Of a stretch of DNA of 32,501 bases, positions 18,536 to 25,915 are shown piece after piece. The position numbers and the translations under genes are program-made. This stretch comes from Myxococcota bacterium (GTDB taxonomy: Bacteria; Myxococcota; JACRCW01): positions 1 to 32,501 of the forward strand of contig JBFMGU010000120.1 of the NCBI GenBank assembly GCA_040752415.1, given 5' to 3'. Every line of letters starts with the position of its first letter. Position 1 is the stretch's first letter. The notes below the pieces were generated by a model that saw only the letters and a program-made list of their open reading frames with translations, did no database searches and was not told where the DNA came from.

Positions 18536-19771
18536 TCAGGGACCGGTGACCAGGAAGGAGGTTTGGATTTTCACAGGGTGGTCGTTCTCGTCGTACAGCA
18601 GCGTCGAGGATTCCGGGAGGAGGCTGAGCTGCACCAGGACGTCGTGCGCGTCGGGGGCCGTGGACGACGTCATGGCCACCATGTTTCCCGAGGAGTCCAG
18701 CGCGTGGACCAGCAGCGCGGTCGTGGCGTTGTCCGGCAGCGGCGCGTAGGTCCCCAGCGTCTGCGACTGTCCGTCGCTGTAGAGGAACCACAGCTCGCGC
18801 ACCTCGGCACCGCGATCCAGCGCCACCATGAATCCCGCCGGCTGCGCCCGCGCGGCAAGCACGTTCACCATCCCGCCGTCGACGGGACCGGGCATTCCCT
18901 GCACGGGCACCTCGGTTCCGTCGCGCGTGAACAGCCGAAGTGTTCCGCCGTCGACGGTCAGTGCCAGGCGGTCATGGCCCATGCGCAACGGGATGCTGTT
19001 GCCGGTCTGCACGGCGGTGCCGGTCTCGTCGTAGAAGAGCTGCGGGGCGTCCTGGCAGCTGAAGACGAGCGTGTCCTCGTCGGGGAGCACGTGGAAGGTG
19101 GCCACCGGTGAGGAGCTGCCGGGGCAGGGCGCCGGACGGAGCGGGTCATTGAGGTCCACGTTGGAGGGGTACTCGCATCCGCCACCGACAACGACTTCCT
19201 CCGGTTCCGGGGTGAACTCGCGGATGCGACCCAGGGTGTCGACGTAGAGGAGCGTGCCGTCCCGGTGGATGCGCGGCGCCATGGACAGATTCGGGAAACC
19301 CACCTGGTACACGTCGGGCAGCGTGGGGTCGAGCAGCGCTTCGCGGCCGGCCAGGCCCTCGTACAGCGTGCCCAACAGGTAGACGCGCGACGGGTCCAGC
19401 TGCACCGGGCCAGCGGGCATGCACACCTCGCCGCCGCCGTTGCTCGAAGATGACGAGGATGACGACGTTGACGACGTTGACGACGAGGATGATGAGGAAG
19501 AGGACGAAGACGAAGCGGATGACGACGCGGAGGATGAGGACGAAGATGACGTCGAAGAGGATGAGATTCCCGACGACGGACGGCCCGACGAGGAGCTGAT
19601 TCCCGACGAAGAGGAGCTGCTGGAGCTGGGGTTGGCCAGCACGCACCGTCGGTCAAGGGCGCAAACCTCGTCGGGGGCGCACTCGCTGTCCTGATTGCAC
19701 CAACCGGGGCAACCCAGGGTCTGCACGAGGGCCAGTGTCAGCAGCAGGTTTGCGGGAAGCAGCGACTTCAT
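18536..19771 (-). CDS. Hypothetical lipoprotein with Cys module and poly-Ser linker
   Basis: Signal ending QTLGC, then CNQDSECAPDEVCALDRRC, a ~60-aa Ser-rich linker and a beta-rich C-terminal domain. Confidence 0.7.
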   Translation of the reverse strand: MKSLLPANLLLTLALVQTLGCPGWCNQDSECAPDEVCALDRRCVLANPSSSSSSSSGISSSSGRPSSGISSSSTSSSSSSSASSSASSSSSSSSSSSSTSSTSSSSSSSSNGGGEVCMPAGPVQLDPSRVYLLGTLYEGLAGREALLDPTLPDVYQVGFPNLSMAPRIHRDGTLLYVDTLGRIREFTPEPEEVVVGGGCEYPSNVDLNDPLRPAPCPGSSSPVATFHVLPDEDTLVFSCQDAPQLFYDETGTAVQTGNSIPLRMGHDRLALTVDGGTLRLFTRDGTEVPVQGMPGPVDGGMVNVLAARAQPAGFMVALDRGAEVRELWFLYSDGQSQTLGTYAPLPDNATTALLVHALDSSGNMVAMTSSTAPDAHDVLVQLSLLPESSTLLYDENDHPVKIQTSFLVTGP

Positions 19772-19961
19772 CCACGCACGGTTTCACCACAACCCGGTGG
19801 GACGGCACAACCGCCTTCACGGGCGGGAACGGGTGTCCGATAGGACAGGTGGCGTCGTACCGGGACCGGGCAATCCCTCGCAAAATCCGGGCTGTCGGGC
19901 TATCGAACGGAGCTCGCGAGGGATCCCCCCGGTGGGCCCCCGCGCAGCGTCCAGAGGCCCC

Positions 19962-22900
19962 ATGCCCGTCACGAATGATCCCAACGCCCTCCGCGCCCTC
20001 ATCAACCGCCAGCTCGCAGACAAGCGCCTCAACAACGCCGAGGCCGACGAGCTTCTCACCGAGATCAAGAAGGACGGCGTCACCGACGAGGAAGCCAAGG
20101 TCCTCGTCGAGGGGCTGACCCCGGATGCCTCGGGAGTCGACAATGACGCGGACCACCGCAACGCCGTGAATCGCGTGATGGGCCAGGTGGACGCGGTCAA
20201 GACGCTCCCGCTGGACCGGACCAACGCGCCGCGCCTCCCCGACGGCACCGTGAACTACATGGGCCTCCTCACGTTGCGCGCCCAGGGCGGGGCCAACCTG
20301 CCGGCGCTGCCGCAGAAGACCTTTGGTGGAGCCAGTGTCGGGGTGGACAACAGCGGGCAGGTCCTCGTTGGCGGGCGCGCGGAGGCCATCAGCCTCAATC
20401 CCACGTCGGAGCGACTGCTGGAGGGCCTGTGGGGTCTGGCCAAGCCCGGTCAGCTCGAGACGCTTTCTCCCGCCGCCAGCGCCGCGCTCCAGAAGCAGCT
20501 GGTGACCGCCATCCAGCAGGGCCTGGCCACGCCGCTGCAGGATCCCGGCAAGTTCGCGCGCCTCGCCGGCGTGGGCGCCGCCCTGACGGTGCTTGCCGAA
20601 CAGTCCAGCAAGTGGGACCCCGCCACCGCCGACGCCATGCTCGGATTCGCGGAGAAGGTCCAGTCGCCGATGATGAAGGCCATCATCCTGCGCGGGCTCG
20701 ACGGTGCCACGCTCTCGGATGCGCAGAAGACCCGTCGCCAGGCCATGGCCGCGCCGGAGGGGATGACCGACCTCCTCGCCAAGTTTGACGACGTGCGGAA
20801 GGAACAGGCCACCGCCGGATGGAACACCGTCAAGGGAGCCGCCGCGGAGCTGACGTTGTCCGGCGTGGTGTTCTCCAAGAGCGCGGAGGGCGTGAAGAGC
20901 TTCCTCGAGGGAATGAAGGCCTTCGACAACATCAACAGCGGCGCCACCTTTGACCGCGAAGAGGTGACCACCGCGCGCGCCACGCTCGAGAAGTACATCC
21001 AGGAGAGCGAGCAACCGGCGTTCGTCTTCGGCAGCTTCGCCGCGGAGGCTCCCAAGGCGGCGGCCAACGTCGTCAGCGCCAGGCTGGTGGCGGCCACCGA
21101 GCCCTCCCTCAAGGGCAACCCGCCCAACCTCAAGGGCTTCCCACTCACCCGCGAGCAGGCGGACTTCATCCTCAAGGTCCTCCCCAACACGCGCGACGCG
21201 GCCGCGCTGGACAAGATGGTCAAGTCGCTCCAGACGGCCGGAGCGCTCTTCTCGCCGTCGCTGCCCTCGCCGTGGGGCAGCACGCCCAACCCGCAGAAGC
21301 CCATGGCGCCCGCGGCGTTCAAGCTCTTTGAGCGCGCCGTCACCGACTACCAGGAGCGCCTCAGCGGCAAGCCCGACGGCAAGCTCGACTACGAGGATCT
21401 CTCCCGCGAGTTCCGAAGTGACGTCGAGGATCTCCACAAGACCCTGTCTCCCAAGCTGGCCGAGCTCTCCGGCACCCCGCCGAAGTTCGGCAACGTGCAG
21501 CTCTCCGCCGAGGCGGCCACCTACGTCCGCGGTCTGTTCGAGAACAAGATGCGCTCGAGCATGTCCGTCGAGAACATCGGCCGCGCCATGGACGTGTTCG
21601 GCGCGAAGTACGGCGGCAAGCTGGAAGGGCAGGGCTTCACCGCGTTCAAGGCCATGACCGACGAGTACATGGCGCAGTTCCCCGCCTACTCGTTCTTCGA
21701 CTTCAACAAGCTGGAGCGCATTGCCAGCTGCAAGGTGCAGAACAAGCCGGTCCCGCTGTGCACGTTGAACGGCCAGCCGGTGAACATGGCGGAGTTCTAC
21801 GGGAAGGTCGGCACCAACGTCGCCACGGCCATTGACCGCAGCAAGCTGCTGCATGACTGGCAGGCGGACCGCTGGGGCTTCCGCGCCCGCGCCTCCGTGG
21901 AAATCCTGGACGTGGTGGCCGAGCAGACCGCGCGCGGTGAAGGTCCGGTGGCTCTGCTCCTCAAGACCAATCCCGGCAAGACCGTGGAGATCCAGGCCAC
22001 CGGTCGCGACGGCGGACATGAGCAGTTCATCTACGTGCTGAAGCAGGGCACGCGGGAGATGGGCCGCTTCACGCAGGGCTCCGACGGAACGCTGGCCGCC
22101 TACAACCAGGCCACCACGCCGGTGCTCTTCACCGCCTCCATCGGCAAGGACGGGGACCTCAACGTGCAGGTTCCGTCGAAGATCGCCGCCGACCGCTATC
22201 CGCTGCAGACCAACTACGGCGTGGGTGACAAGATCGACCTCACCTACCTGGACACCAACGAGGTGGAGCTGCAGAAGGAAGGTGAGACGTTCAAGACGCG
22301 CTACAAGGTGGTCGAGGCCACCATTGATTCCTTCGACGCCAAGGGCAACTACAAGGTCACGTTGACCAACCCGCGCGGTGAGAAGGAAACGAAGACCGTC
22401 ACCATCAACGACATCCGCCGCGCCAACAACCCGCACTACTTCAAGCCCACCGGGGACACGTTCTCCGACGTCACCATCAACCTCCGCACCGACGAGCAGC
22501 TGAAGGCCTTCCTGGAAGGCGCCAAGCCCATCATCCAGGCGCACCTCCCCACCGACGGCTCCACGGTGAACCTGCCCCCCAAGGAGCTGGCCAAGCGGCA
22601 GAAGGCCTGCATCGACGCGCTGATGAAGTACTGCAGCGCCAAGGTGAAGTACCCCACGGCCAAGGACAGCAACCCCGACGCCAACTCCGCGCGCTACCAC
22701 GAGCTGCTCAGCGACAACTGGGCGCAGGTTCCCCTGGGTGAGCTGGTGAAGATCGAGCGCGGCGTGTGTCGTCACCAGTGCATCCTGGAGCACCTGCTCC
22801 TGCAGTACGCGGGCATTGACAGCCGTCTGGCCTCCGGCGCGGCCAACACGTCCAGCAACGGGTTCCGCGGGTTCCACATCTGGACGGAAGTCTCGCTGGC

Positions 22901-23045
22901 GGACAATGACCGCTACCTCTCCGACCAGACCTGGCACGACGGCGCCATCCCGCTGTGGTCCGGCGCGTACTCCGTCGATAAGCGCCGCGCGGAAATGTAC
23001 GACCGCACCTCCCGCTACGACCGCAACGTGGTCCTCCCGAACTGA
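19962..23045 (+). CDS. Large protein with C-terminal transglutaminase-like (Cys-His-Asp) domain
   Basis: Start reassigned to ATG 19962 (GAGG RBS). GVCRHQ (22761-22778), FHIWTEV and YLSDQTW form the triad pattern. Strong coding bias throughout. Confidence 0.75.
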   Translation: MPVTNDPNALRALINRQLADKRLNNAEADELLTEIKKDGVTDEEAKVLVEGLTPDASGVDNDADHRNAVNRVMGQVDAVKTLPLDRTNAPRLPDGTVNYMGLLTLRAQGGANLPALPQKTFGGASVGVDNSGQVLVGGRAEAISLNPTSERLLEGLWGLAKPGQLETLSPAASAALQKQLVTAIQQGLATPLQDPGKFARLAGVGAALTVLAEQSSKWDPATADAMLGFAEKVQSPMMKAIILRGLDGATLSDAQKTRRQAMAAPEGMTDLLAKFDDVRKEQATAGWNTVKGAAAELTLSGVVFSKSAEGVKSFLEGMKAFDNINSGATFDREEVTTARATLEKYIQESEQPAFVFGSFAAEAPKAAANVVSARLVAATEPSLKGNPPNLKGFPLTREQADFILKVLPNTRDAAALDKMVKSLQTAGALFSPSLPSPWGSTPNPQKPMAPAAFKLFERAVTDYQERLSGKPDGKLDYEDLSREFRSDVEDLHKTLSPKLAELSGTPPKFGNVQLSAEAATYVRGLFENKMRSSMSVENIGRAMDVFGAKYGGKLEGQGFTAFKAMTDEYMAQFPAYSFFDFNKLERIASCKVQNKPVPLCTLNGQPVNMAEFYGKVGTNVATAIDRSKLLHDWQADRWGFRARASVEILDVVAEQTARGEGPVALLLKTNPGKTVEIQATGRDGGHEQFIYVLKQGTREMGRFTQGSDGTLAAYNQATTPVLFTASIGKDGDLNVQVPSKIAADRYPLQTNYGVGDKIDLTYLDTNEVELQKEGETFKTRYKVVEATIDSFDAKGNYKVTLTNPRGEKETKTVTINDIRRANNPHYFKPTGDTFSDVTINLRTDEQLKAFLEGAKPIIQAHLPTDGSTVNLPPKELAKRQKACIDALMKYCSAKVKYPTAKDSNPDANSARYHELLSDNWAQVPLGELVKIERGVCRHQCILEHLLLQYAGIDSRLASGAANTSSNGFRGFHIWTEVSLADNDRYLSDQTWHDGAIPLWSGAYSVDKRRAEMYDRTSRYDRNVVLPN

Positions 23046-23094
23046 CAGTCGGTCCATCCCTGTGGTGCGGACCATTCCTGTCTGCGATCCACGA

Positions 23095-23126
23095 CGCCGC
23101 ACAGACCTGCGAATCGGTCTTCGGCG
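23095..23126 (+). terminator. Possible terminator-like hairpin after the transglutaminase-like gene
   Basis: CGCCG..AGACC-loop-GGTCT.CGGCG bulged stem. No U-tract. Confidence 0.3.
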
Positions 23127-23236
23127 GCAACGCGAAGCAAACGCGAAAATCCTGCGCAGCCCTCGTCGGAAGAAACGTTGACGGCGCGCTTGTGAATGCT
23201 ATCTCCGCGCCCCAACAGGGGACCGGAGTCGCCGAA

Positions 23237-23593
23237 ATGTCTTCCCGCAAGCTTGCCGTGATGTTCGTTCTTGCGCTTGCCAGCGCGTGTGGTCGTCCGG
23301 AGCCGGTGGAGTGCAACAACGTCTCTTCCGACGTCACCTACCAGGGCCAGGTGAAAGCCATCCTGGATGCGCACTGCGTCAGCTGTCACGCCGCGGACAA
23401 GAGCGGTCCTGCCCGCCAGGGCGCCCCCGCGGACGTGAATCTCGACACCTACGCGGCAGCGAAGGAGCACGCGAACACGAGCGCGGAGACAACGGAGAAG
23501 GGCGAGATGCCACCGGCCATGTCCAATGATTCCATGAGCGACGAGGACCGCTGCGTGCTGCGCGGTTGGATCAACGGCGGAACACGAGAGTGA
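23237..23593 (+). CDS. Monoheme c-type cytochrome lipoprotein
   Basis: Lipobox LASAC, heme motif CVSCH, distal Met in EMPP, and terminal W-I-x-x-G. GGAG RBS at 23225. Confidence 0.85.
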   Translation: MSSRKLAVMFVLALASACGRPEPVECNNVSSDVTYQGQVKAILDAHCVSCHAADKSGPARQGAPADVNLDTYAAAKEHANTSAETTEKGEMPPAMSNDSMSDEDRCVLRGWINGGTRE

Positions 23594-23597
23594 TGCC

Positions 23598-25538
23598 TTA
23601 GCGTCGTTCCAGGCGGACGCGGGTGTCGTAGTAGGCGGCGCCGTCGCCCATGTCGGTGATGGCGTCGCTGGTCAGTACGTTCACCGCCTTGCCCAGCTTC
23701 ACCCAGCCGCCCTTGTGACACTGCACCACGTCGCGACGCTGCCGCGCGTCGGTACGGATCACCACGTCCAGGTGACCTTGCGCGGACACCAGGCGGGCCG
23801 CTGCTCCGTCGTGGAGCTCGTGCTGCGCGGCCACGTCGGGGTGGAGGATGGCGTCCTGGGGACCGGCGGCCTCGTCGAGGATCTGGCTGGACTGGCGCTC
23901 CCGCTTGGAGACGGACATGAGCCACAGCGGGAATGCCGGATCCGCCGGCGGCTCCTCCGGAAGCTCGGTGACGACGTGGAACTTCCCGTCGGGGTGGAAC
24001 GTCACGCCACCCTCGAACGCCACGCCGGAGCGTGAGGCCAGCGGATTCTTCACCGCGCCCTGCCGCAACCGCTCGCGGTCCACGCCGTGCTCCCGCATGC
24101 TGCCCAGCATCTGGTCCGTGAGCTTCCGCGCGTCGAAGAGCGAGGGGTCCACACCGACGTGCGGTGCGATCAACCGGCACCACTCGAGATCACTGCGCGC
24201 GTTGCCCGGCGGCGGCACCACCTGCTGCGTGAGGCCGAGGTACGGCTGACCATAGGACCCCACCAGGTCATCCTCCTCGAGCATCGTCGACGCCGGCAGG
24301 ACCACCTCCGCAAGCTCGGCGGTGTCGGTGAGGAACGCGTCGGTCACCACCACGTGCGGCGTCTGCGCCACGGCTTCCGCGGTCTGGCGTGAGTTGCCGT
24401 GCTGCGTGACCGGGTTCGCATTGTCGACGAAGAGCAGCTGCACCCGCGGGTCCCCCAGCTCCCTCAGCGCACGACCCGCCTGTCCCTCGGGCACGGTGCG
24501 CGCCGGTGCGTGTCCCGCGGACCAGGTGCAGTCCAATCCGCGCTTGCGCGTGTACGCAAAATGGAATCCACCGCCGGCCACGCCCACGTCGCCAAGGAGG
24601 TACGCGGCCGCGGAGAGCAGTCGCAGCGCTGTCCCGCCCAGTGACCTTCGCTGCAGCCCCCAACCCACCACCCACGCCGTCGGCCGGGTCTCCAGCACCC
24701 CGCCCACCAGCGCATCCAGCTCCTCGCGCGGGAGGTCAATCCGACGACGCCACGCTTCCACATCCCCTTGCATCACCAACGCGCGCAGCGTCTCCAGGCC
24801 CACCACGCGCGTCTCCGCGTCAGGACGGATGCAACCGCGTTCGAACGCAGCGCGGAGGATGCACAGGGCCAGCACAGCGTCGGAGCCGGGCGCGGGATGG
24901 AAGGACCGGTCCGCAAGCTCCACAGCGCGGGTGTGCAACGGATCCACGCACAACACGCGCGCGCCGTTCTTCCGAGCGCCGTTCACCATGGGAATCATGT
25001 GCGGGCTGGCCACGTACGGGTTCTTGCCCCACAGCAGCACCTGGCGCGCGTTCATGACGTCGTGCGGATCGGGACTGTCGCGGCCGCCGTAGTCGCGTGC
25101 CAGCGCTTCATACCCGGCACCGGCGCAGATGCCGCCGCGCGTCGCGGTGATGCTGCCCACGCGGGTGAGGAGCGCGCTCCAGCACATCTTCAGCAACCCC
25201 AATGAGCCACCTCCGCCGACGTGGAAGATCGCCGCGGCGCTGTGATCACGCACCGTGTTGCGGATGAGCTCGCCCACGTACGCCACCGCCTCTTCCACGG
25301 AGATCTCGACAAGACGCCCATGTCCTCCACGACGGAGTGGCTGGGTGAGGCGCTGCGGGTTGTAGACGCGGTCCAGGTACTGGTTGGTGCGCCAGCACAG
25401 GAATCCCGAGGTGTACGGGTGCTCTTGGTCACCCCGGATGCGCAGGATGCGTTCCCCGTCGGTGGTGGCCACGATTCCGCACGCGTCCGGGCAATCCCGC
25501 GTGCACGTTGTCTTCACCTGGCGCGTTGTCGTTGTCAT
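23598..25538 (-). CDS. Molybdopterin-dependent oxidoreductase catalytic subunit (DMSO reductase family, no Tat signal)
   Basis: N-terminal [4Fe-4S] motif CTRDCPDAC...C, LLWGKNP, NPV..., DAFLTDTAELAEVVLPA, and a C-terminal molydop-binding domain (LHPDVA...VNVLTSD). Confidence 0.9.
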   Translation of the reverse strand: MTTTTRQVKTTCTRDCPDACGIVATTDGERILRIRGDQEHPYTSGFLCWRTNQYLDRVYNPQRLTQPLRRGGHGRLVEISVEEAVAYVGELIRNTVRDHSAAAIFHVGGGGSLGLLKMCWSALLTRVGSITATRGGICAGAGYEALARDYGGRDSPDPHDVMNARQVLLWGKNPYVASPHMIPMVNGARKNGARVLCVDPLHTRAVELADRSFHPAPGSDAVLALCILRAAFERGCIRPDAETRVVGLETLRALVMQGDVEAWRRRIDLPREELDALVGGVLETRPTAWVVGWGLQRRSLGGTALRLLSAAAYLLGDVGVAGGGFHFAYTRKRGLDCTWSAGHAPARTVPEGQAGRALRELGDPRVQLLFVDNANPVTQHGNSRQTAEAVAQTPHVVVTDAFLTDTAELAEVVLPASTMLEEDDLVGSYGQPYLGLTQQVVPPPGNARSDLEWCRLIAPHVGVDPSLFDARKLTDQMLGSMREHGVDRERLRQGAVKNPLASRSGVAFEGGVTFHPDGKFHVVTELPEEPPADPAFPLWLMSVSKRERQSSQILDEAAGPQDAILHPDVAAQHELHDGAAARLVSAQGHLDVVIRTDARQRRDVVQCHKGGWVKLGKAVNVLTSDAITDMGDGAAYYDTRVRLERR

Positions 25539-25580
25539 GGGAGTTGGCCCTCGCCCGCCAGGCTGGGGACCTGGCCAAAC

Positions 25581-25843
25581 GTCCTTTCACGTCTCGGAGA
25601 ACACCTGGTTGAGCCAGTGGGGCCGGAACCAAAGCGGTATTTCAGACCGCACTCCCAAAGTGCCGGCCGCGCGCTTCTCGGTAGGCGGGGATGCCGGCAC
25701 GCAGCGTCTCCGACGTGCAACCGCGGTGCGGGAGAACTGACACAAACCGCCCAACCGGCGCCCGCACCTCTGGGAGTGCGGTCTGAAATACCGCTTTGGC
25801 TCGGGATGTGCGGCCTCAACAGCGCTCCTCCACGTGAAAGAAC
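25581..25843. repeat. Foldback (long inverted repeat) element with perfect 29-bp core
   Basis: 25629-25657 CCAAAGCGGTATTTCAGACCGCACTCCCA is the exact reverse complement of 25771-25799. Imperfect similarity extends outward (CTTTCACGT..GGAG..TTGAG) and inward. Confidence 0.9.
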
Positions 25844-25915
25844 CTGGGTCCACGCATTTACCGCAGACCGCCGAGAGCCGTCACACCGCGTGGGAGCTGA
25901 GGTCCGCGGCTACGC

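Noticed and set aside
19419..19694. Poly-Asp/Glu ORF on the + strand
   Set aside because: It is the antisense of the poly-Ser linker of the 18536-19771 gene.
19695..19961. N-terminal extensions in the ORF track (19695, 4622, 18791, 27683, 28183, 29530)
   Set aside because: They overlap neighbouring genes or lack RBS and signal logic; downstream starts were chosen.
25629..25799. 29-bp hairpin repeat as a CRISPR mini-array
   Set aside because: The two copies are inverted, not direct, and are separated by 113 bp.
25826..25841. parS-like TCCTCCACGTGAAAGA
   Set aside because: Three mismatches to TGTTCCACGTGAAACA break the palindrome; better explained as part of the foldback arm.
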